Of a DNA stretch of 53,965 nt, positions 19,970 to 29,139 are shown piece after piece. The notes beneath the pieces are model-generated. The model ran no database searches and had not been told where the DNA came from. It saw only the letters and a program-made list of their open reading frames with translations. Source of the DNA: Parcubacteria group bacterium Athens0714_12 (GTDB lineage Bacteria; Patescibacteriota; Patescibacteriia; UBA2591; VMGY01); NCBI GenBank assembly GCA_007378955.1, contig VMGY01000002.1:1-53965 (forward strand), in the 5' to 3' direction. The first letter of the stretch is position 1. Each line of letters starts with the position of its first letter. The position numbers were made by a program, and so were the translations under genes.

Positions 19970-20075
19970 GTCATTGCGAGGAGCCCAGCAGGGCGACGAA
20001 GCAATCCCGCGTCCATTCCACTATCCTCGGGATTGCCGCGCTCGGCTGCCTGCTGGCAGCCTTGCTCGCAATGAC
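19970..20075. repeat. Family D inverted pair between dnaK and dnaJ
   Basis: gtcattgcgaggagcccagcagggcgacgaagcaatccc ... gggattgccgcg...ctcgcaatgac. Confidence 0.9.
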
Positions 20076-20123
20076 AGTAAGTAAAGTAAAATTTTTCACT
20101 TCAATAAATTACATATTGGTCAT

Positions 20124-21968
20124 TTACTTCTTTACTTCTTCAAAGTCCCCTTCCGTTGGCTCGTCATTTTTCTTTTCCTCTTTCTTTTCATCTTTCTTCC
20201 CTTCGCTTTTCGGCGTTTCCTGCTGTTTGTATAATTCCGCGCCGATTTTCTGGATTGCCTGATTCGTCTCATCCATTACTTTTTTAATCGCTTCGCTGTC
20301 ATTCTCGTTTTTAACTTTTTTAAGTTCAGCCACTTTGTCTTTAATCTGTTTTTTATCTTCTGCTTTTATTTTATCACCCGCGTCCTTAATTGTCTTCTCG
20401 CAAGTATAAATCAAACCGTCCGCCTGATTTCTAATATCTATCAAATCTTTTTTCTTTCTGTCTTCAGCGGCAAATTGCTCGGCTTGCTGTTTCATTTTTT
20501 CAATTTCCTCTTTGGATAAGGCCGAGGAATCTTTAATCGTGATGTGCTGGGTTTTATTTGTCGCTTTATCTTTGGCGATCACTTTCAAAATGCCATTAGC
20601 GTCAATATCAAATTCAACCTCTATCTGGGGAATGCCGCGAGTTGACGGCGGAATACCATCTAAAACAAATCTGCCCAAAGTGCGGTTATCGGAAGCCATC
20701 GGCCTTTCCCCTTGCAAAACATGGATTTCCACGGAAGTCTGGTTATCCGCCGCGGTGGAAAAAACCTGGCTTTTAGAAGTGGGAATAGTCGCGTTTCTTT
20801 CTATTAAAGCCGTCATCACGCCGCCTAAAGTTTCAATGCCCAAAGTCAAAGGCGTCACATCAAGCAATAAAACATCTTTTACTTCTCCGCCTAAAACTCC
20901 TCCTTGAATCGCCGCACCCATCGCCACGCATTCCATCGGATCAACGCCGCGTTCAATTTTTCTGCCGAAATAATCTTCAATGAATTTTTGGACAATCGGC
21001 ATTCTGGTCGGACCGCCGACTAAAATAATTTTTTCAATTTCTCGCGGACCGAGTTTGGCGTCTTTCAAAGCGTTTTCTACCGGCTGGCGGCATTTCTCAA
21101 TAATCGGCTTAGCCAATTCCTCTAATTTGGTTCTGGTTATTTTTATTAAAAGATGTTTAGGCCCTTCTTTAGTCGCGGTAATAAAAGGCAGATTAATTTC
21201 TGTTTCTAAGGCGGATGAAAGTTCAATCTTGGCTTTTTCCGCCGCCTCTCTCAAGCGCTGGGTGGCCATATTATCTTTTTTTAAATCTATGCCCGTATCT
21301 TTTTTAAATTCTTCTTCTAAATATTCAATTAAAAAATTATCTATGTCCGTGCCGCCTAATTGCGTGTCGCCGCTCGTGGAAATCACTTCAAAAACACCGG
21401 CGCCGAAATTCATAATCGTCACGTCTAAAGTGCCGCCGCCCAAATCAAAAACCAAAACCTGCTGGTTTTTTTCCTTAACCTTGTCCAATCCGTAAGCCAA
21501 GCTCGCCGCTGTCGGTTCGTTGACAATCCTAATTACTTCCAAACCGGCAATCGCGCCCGCGTCTTTGGTTGCTTGCCTTTGCGTATCATTAAAATAAGCC
21601 GGTACGGTAATGACCGCTTTTTCCACCCTGTCACCTAAATACGCTTCTGAATCTCTTTTAATTTTTTGCAAAAGAAAAGCGGAAATTTGTTGGGGCGTAT
21701 ATTCTTTGCCGAAAACTTTATATTTAAAATCAGTGCCCATTTTTCTTTTAAAAGCGTACAAAGTGCCTTCTGGGTTAGCGACTGCCTGCCTTCTGGCCGC
21801 TTCGCCGATTAAAAGCTCTCCATCTTTAGTAAAAGCGACATAAGAAGGAAACGCTTTTCCTCCGACTAAAGTTGTTCCTTCGGCTGAAGGAATCATTTTT
21901 GGTTTTCCGCCTTCCATATAAGAACTGGCGGAATTTGATGTTCCTAAATCAATACCGATTATTTTCAT
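20124..21968 (-). CDS. dnaK: Chaperone DnaK (Hsp70)
   Basis: [37 protein letters not shown]. Confidence 0.98.
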   Translation of the reverse strand: MKIIGIDLGTSNSASSYMEGGKPKMIPSAEGTTLVGGKAFPSYVAFTKDGELLIGEAARRQAVANPEGTLYAFKRKMGTDFKYKVFGKEYTPQQISAFLLQKIKRDSEAYLGDRVEKAVITVPAYFNDTQRQATKDAGAIAGLEVIRIVNEPTAASLAYGLDKVKEKNQQVLVFDLGGGTLDVTIMNFGAGVFEVISTSGDTQLGGTDIDNFLIEYLEEEFKKDTGIDLKKDNMATQRLREAAEKAKIELSSALETEINLPFITATKEGPKHLLIKITRTKLEELAKPIIEKCRQPVENALKDAKLGPREIEKIILVGGPTRMPIVQKFIEDYFGRKIERGVDPMECVAMGAAIQGGVLGGEVKDVLLLDVTPLTLGIETLGGVMTALIERNATIPTSKSQVFSTAADNQTSVEIHVLQGERPMASDNRTLGRFVLDGIPPSTRGIPQIEVEFDIDANGILKVIAKDKATNKTQHITIKDSSALSKEEIEKMKQQAEQFAAEDRKKKDLIDIRNQADGLIYTCEKTIKDAGDKIKAEDKKQIKDKVAELKKVKNENDSEAIKKVMDETNQAIQKIGAELYKQQETPKSEGKKDEKKEEKKNDEPTEGDFEEVKK

Positions 21969-22059
21969 AATATTTTGCCTTTCTAACTCGTGCTTTAATT
22001 TATAAACACGATATTAATTATTTATAATAATTACTTTGAATTACGAAATAACGGTTTCA

Positions 22060-22131
22060 AGGGAGGTAGCTATGCCTTTTTTGCAGACGCGGCGATTAGT
22101 CCGCGCGCAAAAAAAGCATATCTACCTCCCT
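22060..22131. repeat. 72-bp imperfect hairpin between grpE and dnaK
   Basis: agggaggtagctatgc...gcatatctacctccct with inner stems. Confidence 0.7.
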
Positions 22132-22137
22132 AATTGT

Positions 22138-22650
22138 TCATTCACTAATAATCACTTTTGCCGGTTTAATCACTTCTCCATTCATTGTATAGCCCGGCTG
22201 AATTTCTTTAATTATGGCGCCTTTATCGCTTCCTTCCGATTTTTCTTTCGCTATTGCTTCGTGCTTTTGTAAATCAAATTTTTCGCCGACTGTTTTTATT
22301 TCTGCCACGCCCAAGCTTTTAAGCAAATTTTTAAATTGTTCTTTAATCTGGATTATCCCCTTGGACCATTCTGATTTTTTTTCTTCTTCTGAAATATGGT
22401 TCACCGCTTGTTTAAAATGGTCGTAAATTTCCAGAAACCGCAAAATTAATCCCGCGTGGGCGAATTTAATCCAATTTTCTTTGTCTTTTTTTATCTCTTT
22501 TTCCCGATTGGCGTAATCAGCCTGCGCCCTTTTCCAGCCGTTTAAATATTCTTCAACTTTCTTTTTTTCTTCCTCCAATTCTTTTTTTAATTTTTCTATC
22601 TCTTTATCTTCCATCGCTTTAGGGAAAGAAGATTTGTTTTTTGTGTCCAT
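22138..22650 (-). CDS. grpE: Nucleotide exchange factor GrpE
   Basis: WKRAQADYAN, GEKFDLQKHEA, QPGYTMNGEVIKPAKV. Confidence 0.95.
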   Translation of the reverse strand: MDTKNKSSFPKAMEDKEIEKLKKELEEEKKKVEEYLNGWKRAQADYANREKEIKKDKENWIKFAHAGLILRFLEIYDHFKQAVNHISEEEKKSEWSKGIIQIKEQFKNLLKSLGVAEIKTVGEKFDLQKHEAIAKEKSEGSDKGAIIKEIQPGYTMNGEVIKPAKVIISE

Positions 22651-22662
22651 TTGTTATTTATT

Positions 22663-22823
22663 AGACCTGCTGCGCAATAATCTTTTCTGCTGCAACTTGA
22701 AATTTTGGCTGCAAATTATTCAGAACTCCTCACCTTATACTCCGTATAAAGCTTTGTCGTCCTTCATAATTTTCGCTCAAAATTTCCGTGTTTCGCGACG
22801 AAAAATTATTACGCAGCAGGTCT
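22663..22823. mobile_element. MITE-like family B, copy 1; supplies the hrcA C-terminus and stop
   Basis: TIR agacctgctgcg / cgcagcaggtct; ATT on both flanks. Confidence 0.85.
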
Positions 22824-23516
22824 ATTTAATAATTCTTTTATATATTTTAATAAAGCGAGGTTATGTTCATAATCCATCCTCATCGGTCCCAAAATGCCGA
22901 TTATTCCCTTGGAACCCTCAGGCAAGTGGTATTTGGTTATAATCATACTGCATTCCTCGTTGAAAGGATTTTTGCGGCCAACCATCACTTCCACCTCTTC
23001 GTCAATTTGAGTGAAAATATTTTCTATTTGTTCGTCAAAATGGTCGATAACTCGCGATAAATGGCTGATTAAGCCAAATTCCCTGAACTCCGGCTGGCTG
23101 AATAAATTAGTCAAGCCGGTAAAATAAACATCATGGGGCTGGGAAGAAACTAAAATTGTTCCTTCAGACGATTCGGTTAAAATTTTAGCTATTTCTTTTA
23201 ATAAAAACTGGGGCGATTTTTTAAATTGTTTTTTAACTTTTTTTAAATTGTTTTTTATTTTTTTATCTAATTCCTTTTCTTCCAAAAAATTTTCCAGATA
23301 AAAATAATAACCTTTTTCCGTCGGAATCCTGCCGGCCGAAGTATATGGATGGGTTAAATAGCCTCGTTTTTCCAATTCCGCCATTTCATTTCTAATCGTC
23401 GCCGAACTAAGTTTTAAACCATGCTTGCCGGCTAATAAATCAGAACCTACTGGTTGGCCGGTTCTAATGTGCTCTTTAATAACGCAATTTAATAAATTTT
23501 CCTCTCTTTTTTTCAT
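22809..23516 (-). CDS. hrcA: Heat-inducible repressor HrcA (short form)
   Basis: QPVGS, SSATIRNEMAELE, HPYTSAGRIPT, GILGPMRMDY. Confidence 0.95.
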   Translation of the reverse strand: MKKREENLLNCVIKEHIRTGQPVGSDLLAGKHGLKLSSATIRNEMAELEKRGYLTHPYTSAGRIPTEKGYYFYLENFLEEKELDKKIKNNLKKVKKQFKKSPQFLLKEIAKILTESSEGTILVSSQPHDVYFTGLTNLFSQPEFREFGLISHLSRVIDHFDEQIENIFTQIDEEVEVMVGRKNPFNEECSMIITKYHLPEGSKGIIGILGPMRMDYEHNLALLKYIKELLNRPAA

Positions 23517-23535
23517 ACCTCTTTAAAAACATTTT

Positions 23536-23562
23536 TTAGCACTCTCTTGCTTAAAGTGCTAA
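23536..23562. promoter_or_regulatory. CIRCE operator
   Basis: TTAGCACTC-N9-AAGTGCTAA, one mismatch to consensus, 20 bp upstream of hrcA. Confidence 0.92.
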
Positions 23563-23566
23563 TTTC

Positions 23567-23594
23567 ATTTTAGCAGAATAAAAAATCGTGTCAA
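23567..23594 (-). promoter_or_regulatory. Sigma70 promoter of the hrcA operon
   Basis: Minus strand TTGACA-N16-TAAAAT with extended TG. Confidence 0.7.
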
Positions 23595-23632
23595 CCCCGC
23601 GCCTTTTATGGACAGGCTAAAATTTTAAAAAA

Positions 23633-23663
23633 CCCTTAGCTTATTATTTTAATAAGCTAAGGG
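23633..23663 (-). terminator. Terminator after the response regulator
   Basis: cccttagcttatt / aataagctaaggg followed by a T run on the minus strand. Confidence 0.7.
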
Positions 23664-23727
23664 ATCAATTTTTAACCGCTTCATCCGTCCGCCAATTTTT
23701 CGCCCGAGTGGATTTTTTCGTTCAATT

Positions 23728-24180
23728 CTATGGTTTCTTTACGCGATGCATGCCGATAATTTTTGCCGCTGTATCTAAAACTTCTTTCGGCGTGCAATCT
23801 CGTTTAAAAATATAAGCGGCCGCTCCCATCTTTTCGCTTTTCTTTCGGTCTTGATCCGTATCTAAATTGGTAAAAACCGCGATTGGAATATTTTTTGTCT
23901 TTGGATTCTTTTTAACCGCTTCTAAATAATCATAACCTTGTTCGGCCATTAAATTAATAGCGCCTTTTTCCTCTTTCGGAATGATAATATCAAGAAAAAC
24001 TAAATCAGGTTGTTCGAATTCCGTAATTTGCAATGCTTGCCGAATATCTTTAGTTGATAAAAAATCATAGCCATTTGTTTCAAAATAATCATGATAAATA
24101 TCAATTAAATTTTTCTCATCCTCCACAAACAGAATTCGTCCTTTATTTGATCTCATTATATTGGTTATTCCTTTCCTCAT
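23728..24180 (-). CDS. Single-domain response regulator (receiver only)
   Basis: ILFVEDE, PDLVFLDIIIP (phospho-Asp), FTN, YIFK; start could also be 24156. Confidence 0.88.
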   Translation of the reverse strand: MRKGITNIMRSNKGRILFVEDEKNLIDIYHDYFETNGYDFLSTKDIRQALQITEFEQPDLVFLDIIIPKEEKGAINLMAEQGYDYLEAVKKNPKTKNIPIAVFTNLDTDQDRKKSEKMGAAAYIFKRDCTPKEVLDTAAKIIGMHRVKKP

Positions 24181-24190
24181 ATATATCAAG

Positions 24191-25387
24191 TTAAACGGGA
24201 TTATTTTTTTCAAAAACCATTATTTTATCCTTTTTAACCATTTGGTCAGCCTGTTCGCCATTAAGTTGTTGATTGCGATAAATTGGCACAGTGAAGCTAA
24301 AAGTAGAACCCTTGCCCGCGCCTTTGCTGATGCATGTCATTTCGCCATTATTACCTTCAATAATTTTTTTGGAAATGTAAAGACCTAGACCGGAACCGTC
24401 GGGGTGAAGGGAACTCGCGCCTCGACCGCGGGAAAATTTTTGAAATAATATTTTTTTGTCATCTTCGGAAATGCCGGCGCCCGTGTCAGTAACATTAATT
24501 TTAAAATATTTACTATCAATTAATTCGTAACTTATGGTAACGCCGCCTTGCTCGGTATAATAAATGGCATTATCTAAAAGATTGGAGATAACATGGGTTA
24601 TTTTTTTAGAATCACACCAGACCGGCGGTATTTTAAAGGATGGTCTACTGACGGATATGTATAGCTTGCGCTGAATCGCCAATGGCATTTTTTGCTTTTC
24701 GAGAATCAGCTTTTCAACAATGGCAGTAATATCAGTTTGGATTGGCTTCATCTCCATTTTTTCGCCCTCCAATTCATAGGCGTCCCAGAAATCTTGGACT
24801 GTTTGGGCGATTCTCTTAAAGCCGGCTTTAATGGTTTCCAATGATTTGGCAGTGTCCCAAATTTTTTCGTCCATCATAGAAAAAGCCCCTAGGACCACAG
24901 AAATCGGCGTGTTGAGCTGGTGATTAGCCACTCTTAAAAAATCCGTCTTGATATTCAATAATTCTTGAAGGTATCGGCTTTTCTCTTGGATGTCTTTGGT
25001 TTGATCGCTGACTTTATCTTTAAGGTTGTCTGTTAAATCTTTCAAGGCATCCTTGGCTTTCTTTAAAGAAAAATTAGATTTGATAATTTTCTCGGTGCTA
25101 CTGTTAAAAAAATATCCGTAGACAATAATTAAAACAAATACCACGATTACCGCCAGTAGTGAGAGTCTCTTCTCAAACAAAAGAAAAAACGAGAAAGACA
25201 AAACCAATAAAAGCAAACTGACAACTTGATATTGTAAAAATAAACACTGGTGAAATTTAAATTCACAATATTGACAACGTTTATAGGGCGCGTAATTAAG
25301 ATTTTTAACTATCCAACAATTTTTATTAAGATAATTACATCCACCGATTTTTCTTTTTCCATTTTGGCTTTTTTTGCATTCCTCCAT
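24191..25387 (-). CDS. Membrane sensor histidine kinase with Cys-rich N-terminus
   Basis: H box ANHQLNTP, N box NLLDNAI, DTGAG, GSGLGL; 6 Cys before 2 TM helices. Confidence 0.9.
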   Translation of the reverse strand: MEECKKSQNGKRKIGGCNYLNKNCWIVKNLNYAPYKRCQYCEFKFHQCLFLQYQVVSLLLLVLSFSFFLLFEKRLSLLAVIVVFVLIIVYGYFFNSSTEKIIKSNFSLKKAKDALKDLTDNLKDKVSDQTKDIQEKSRYLQELLNIKTDFLRVANHQLNTPISVVLGAFSMMDEKIWDTAKSLETIKAGFKRIAQTVQDFWDAYELEGEKMEMKPIQTDITAIVEKLILEKQKMPLAIQRKLYISVSRPSFKIPPVWCDSKKITHVISNLLDNAIYYTEQGGVTISYELIDSKYFKINVTDTGAGISEDDKKILFQKFSRGRGASSLHPDGSGLGLYISKKIIEGNNGEMTCISKGAGKGSTFSFTVPIYRNQQLNGEQADQMVKKDKIMVFEKNNPV

Positions 25388-25389
25388 AT

Positions 25390-25827
25390 TTAATGATTGC
25401 GCTGATTATAAATTAGTTTTGCTAAACAATTTTTTAAAAAAATATACATTAAAGTTGCTACGCAAAAACCGACAAAACAGGCCAAAAATATCATTAAATC
25501 AACTATCAAAAGATAAACCCAAGCGAAGTCAACAAATTTATTAAAATAAATAAGAGCAAAACCAACAAGCAGAAGTAGCCCCGTCGCGGCAGCCACGAAA
25601 TTTAATTCCCCCAATTCTTTTGGTGTCGGATTCGACTTCTTTTTAAAGATTAAAACATGAAATTGATACGGTATATTCAGCTTTAGTGAAAAGGCCCCCA
25701 AAATTGTTAAAACAGCGACCGCCAAAACCAACCATTGATTATGAATTAAAACCGCAATCAATAGCAATACCCCATAAGTCGCCCGTGAAAATCGTAAAGA
25801 ATTGTTATAGATTAAACATTGTTGCAT
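25390..25827 (-). CDS. DUF4395-like membrane protein
   Basis: About 4 TM helices, C-terminal ACFVGFCVATLMY resembling the family GxC motif. Confidence 0.6.
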   Translation of the reverse strand: MQQCLIYNNSLRFSRATYGVLLLIAVLIHNQWLVLAVAVLTILGAFSLKLNIPYQFHVLIFKKKSNPTPKELGELNFVAAATGLLLLVGFALIYFNKFVDFAWVYLLIVDLMIFLACFVGFCVATLMYIFLKNCLAKLIYNQRNH

Positions 25828-25857
25828 ATATGGATAATTTTAAATTAAAAAAATAAA

Positions 25858-27177
25858 TTAAATACATTTTTTGACAGCTCGGCACACCTTTTTTACATCT
25901 TCAATATTGTTGTAGACGCAAAAACTCAACCGACAACTGGCGGGGGGGTTTAGTCCGTAATAATGATGCGCCAACGTCGCGCAATGACAGCCAGCCCTTG
26001 ATTCTACCCCTAATTTACTTAACTCCTCGGCAATTTTAAATGGACTTTTGTCTTTACAAGTAAAAGCAACTAAAGATGTTCTATTGACAGGATTTTTTGG
26101 GCCAAAAATATTTAATGACGGCATCTCTCCTAATAATCCCAATGCTTCTCTAATCAGAGTTTGCTCATGAGACTTTATATTTTCCATCGCTTTTTTTATG
26201 TCGGACGCTTCCAGTTGTTTATTGGCCAGAAAATATTTGCGTTTTCTCGGATTGATAGCAAAATCAATTAATAATCTGATGGCCTGGGCGGAAAGAATCG
26301 TCCCTAAAATATTTGGGGTACCGGCCGTAAACTTCCAAGGAAGTGAATTATAACTAACTTTTTCTTGACTAACCATTCCTTCGGCAATCATGTCGCCGCC
26401 ATAAAGAAACGGTCTCATTTTTTCAAGCAATCCTTCTTTGGCATACAAAGCCCCAACCCCAAAAGGCGCCAGCATTTTATGGAAAGACCAAACAAAGAAA
26501 TCCACGCCCAGCTCGTTAACATTAACAAAAGTATTGGGAACAACTTGAGCGCCATCAATTAAAAGATATGACCTTGTTTCTCCATTGGGCTGGATATAGC
26601 CGCTGGAATCGGCGATGGCTTTTATTTTTTTAATCGGATTGATTGTTCCTAAAAAATTTGACGCCCCGGTGCAACAAACCAATTTAGTTCTTTGGTCTAC
26701 CAAAGATTTTAGGTGATTCAGATCAAGAACGCCGGTCTCTTTATCAAATTTGGCAATTCGGCACTCTGTATTAACGCCGAATTTCGGCAATATTTCTTTG
26801 CATAATCCGTACCAAGGAACATAGTTTGAATTATGCTCCATGAAGGTTGTGACCACATTATCTCCATTTTTGAATTCAGTCATTAAAGAGTACATGACCG
26901 AATTAATTGCTTCTGTGGCGTTTCGGTATAAAACAATATTTTTTCGCGAAGTGGCGCCGATAAATTGCGCAATCGTGTCATAAGATGATTCAAACGCTTC
27001 GGTAGTTAATAGCGAAGAGCGGGACTGGCCCCGATGGACATTATCGTACTGAACGACAAGCTTTTTCAGCAATTCTAATAATTGGACAGGGACTTGCGTG
27101 CTCGCCGCGTTATTGGAAACTATTCTTCCGGCTTTTATTGCCGGAAAAAATTTTCTTATTTTTTTGGTGTCTATCAT
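25858..27177 (-). CDS. SufS/CsdA-like PLP-dependent cysteine desulfurase
   Basis: NAAST, NVHRG, MEHNSNYVPW, DGAQ, SFHKM (PLP Lys), RAGCHCA; start 27177 or 27210. Confidence 0.88.
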   Translation of the reverse strand: MIDTKKIRKFFPAIKAGRIVSNNAASTQVPVQLLELLKKLVVQYDNVHRGQSRSSLLTTEAFESSYDTIAQFIGATSRKNIVLYRNATEAINSVMYSLMTEFKNGDNVVTTFMEHNSNYVPWYGLCKEILPKFGVNTECRIAKFDKETGVLDLNHLKSLVDQRTKLVCCTGASNFLGTINPIKKIKAIADSSGYIQPNGETRSYLLIDGAQVVPNTFVNVNELGVDFFVWSFHKMLAPFGVGALYAKEGLLEKMRPFLYGGDMIAEGMVSQEKVSYNSLPWKFTAGTPNILGTILSAQAIRLLIDFAINPRKRKYFLANKQLEASDIKKAMENIKSHEQTLIREALGLLGEMPSLNIFGPKNPVNRTSLVAFTCKDKSPFKIAEELSKLGVESRAGCHCATLAHHYYGLNPPASCRLSFCVYNNIEDVKKVCRAVKKCI

Positions 27178-27468
27178 AAGTTGATTTTTGACCAGATTAA
27201 TAGTTTTCATTTTCCCGTGTGATGTATTTATTGTATATAATACATTCTTTTATTGTTTTTTACAACAGAAACCAAAAATACCATAGGAAAACCTCTAAGG
27301 CCAAACTTCAGCGACTTTTAGATAGCTATTTAGAGCAGGATATTGAGTGAATTGAAATAAAAAGAAGCGCTTCTATTTTCGAGGCGCTCTTTGAGTGCAG
27401 TCCTTTTTTAAAAAGTCAATAAAAACGCCTTTCGGCATAGTTATAAGTTATTAGTTATAAGTTATTTT

Positions 27469-27545
27469 TGGTAGCGCCTAGGGGATTTGAACCCCTGATC
27501 TTCTGCCTGAGAAGCAGACGTCCTAGGCCACTAGACGAAGGCGCC
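27469..27545 (-). tRNA. tRNA-Glu (anticodon CTC), CCA encoded
   Basis: Cloverleaf: acceptor GGCGCCT/AGGCGCT, anticodon arm TCTGC-TTCTCAG-GCAGA, T arm AGGGG-TTCAAAT-CCCCT. Confidence 0.95.
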
Positions 27546-27643
27546 GCGATTAACTCACAACTGACAACCTATAACTAAAAACTAATAAATTACAACCGAT
27601 AACTCATAACCTGCAACTGACAACTTAAACTGATAACTGGCAA

Positions 27644-28906
27644 TTAAAAATCTTGGCGGACTAATAACTCTTTGGCTTTCAATGGTTCTGCCATTAACTC
27701 TTTTGTGATCTTTTCCATTCTCGCGCCCTGCGAACCTTTGATTAAAATTATATCTCCTTCTTTTATTCTGTCTTGAGCAAATTTACCAGCTATTTTCAAA
27801 TCTGTAAAGCTGAAAATTTTATTCTCTTCCATGCCCGCTTCTTTCGCCCCTCTGGCAATATCGCGCGCCATTTCCCCTACCGTGATCAAAGTATCAGCTA
27901 TTTGAGCCGCTTTTTTGCCAACCTCTTTATGGCCTTCTTCGGTGTAATTTCCTAATTCCAGCATATCGCCCAAAATAATTATTTTTTTACCTTCACAAGA
28001 AATCTCTTTTAAACTTTCCAAAGCAGCAATCGCGGAAAAAGGCGAAGCATTATAAGTATCATCAATAATTAAGCTATTTTTTATTCCTTGAATTAAATTC
28101 ATTCTGCCTAATGGCGGCCTGTATCGCCCCAAAGCCTCGCTGATTTCCAATAAATTCATCTTGTAAATTATTCCGACGCAAGTACTCGCCAAAGCGGCGT
28201 AAACCTGTTGTTTGCCTAAAACATAAGGAAGAAAGACAGGCATTATTTTACCCTCGCTAATCAATTTGAAGTTAATTCCTTTTATTCCATTATGCTCGCT
28301 GATAACCGCTTCCGAAGCTCTGATATCAGCTCCTTCCGAAAAGCCAAATGTATGTATCTTGGCTTTTGTCTTACTTTTCATATTATAAACCAATTGGTCG
28401 TCTAAATTTAATATCGCGTGGGCGTCGCTTTTTAAATCATTGATTAAATTTTGTTTTTCTTCGGCGATTTTTTCAATTTGTTTAAAAAACTGCAAATGAA
28501 CTTTTCCCACGCTGGTAATAATAGCTATTTTACGCGGCACAAAAGAGGTTAAATATTTTATATCCCCTATTCTGTCTGCCGCCATTTCTAAAATCAAAAT
28601 TTCGGGATAATTTTTTTTCTTATTGATAATCAAATCCAAACCATGCAAAAAAATTTTTAACCAGCCGATTAATGATTTTTTAGCGCTCTCGCATCCTAAA
28701 ACGCTCAAAGGAACGCCTATTTCATTATTATAATTTTTAATGCTTCTCCCGACCTTATCGGAAAATTTGCTTTTAAGCACGGCGTAAATCGCCTCTTTGG
28801 TTGAGGTTTTCCCCACGCTGCCGGTAATGGCGATTATTTCCGGCTGATATTTTTTTAAAACTTTAATGGCTAAAATTTTTAAAATTATTTGAATAATTTT
28901 TTTCAT
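27644..28906 (-). CDS. murF: UDP-MurNAc-tripeptide--D-Ala-D-Ala ligase
   Basis: AITGSVGKTSTKE, NNEIGVP, IDDTYNASP, LGDMLELG, IKGSQG. Confidence 0.93.
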   Translation of the reverse strand: MKKIIQIILKILAIKVLKKYQPEIIAITGSVGKTSTKEAIYAVLKSKFSDKVGRSIKNYNNEIGVPLSVLGCESAKKSLIGWLKIFLHGLDLIINKKKNYPEILILEMAADRIGDIKYLTSFVPRKIAIITSVGKVHLQFFKQIEKIAEEKQNLINDLKSDAHAILNLDDQLVYNMKSKTKAKIHTFGFSEGADIRASEAVISEHNGIKGINFKLISEGKIMPVFLPYVLGKQQVYAALASTCVGIIYKMNLLEISEALGRYRPPLGRMNLIQGIKNSLIIDDTYNASPFSAIAALESLKEISCEGKKIIILGDMLELGNYTEEGHKEVGKKAAQIADTLITVGEMARDIARGAKEAGMEENKIFSFTDLKIAGKFAQDRIKEGDIILIKGSQGARMEKITKELMAEPLKAKELLVRQDF

Positions 28907-29023
28907 AATGTACGCGCGCTAATAAATTTTATCACTAAAACAATTTACTTCTCTTGAATTATGGAATTCTCAAAAAAGTGTCATTAATTTCCCGCGCTGC
29001 CATCGCGAGGAACAGCTGAATAT

Positions 29024-29130
29024 ATCGAGGTCGAACCTCAATATATTATCGAGGTCGAACCTCGATATTTTCCTCAATATATTATCAAGGTCGAACCTCG
29101 ATATTTTCCTCAACCTCGATATTTTCCTCA
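29024..29130. repeat. Family F palindromes (ATCGAGGTCGAACCTCGAT), three copies plus a partial
   Basis: Tandem copies between ftsI and murF; another copy at 46747..46771. Confidence 0.85.
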
Positions 29131-29139
29131 GTATTTTAT

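Noticed and set aside
19171-21843. Long plus-strand ORFs opposite dnaJ/dnaK and similar ones elsewhere
   Set aside because: Antisense shadows of conserved genes
23600-27545. tRNA-integrated island
   Set aside because: No integrase and no duplicated tRNA 3' end found near 23600..23730
29024-29130. Possible CRISPR array (36-bp period, palindromic)
   Set aside because: No unique spacers, irregular units, no cas genes
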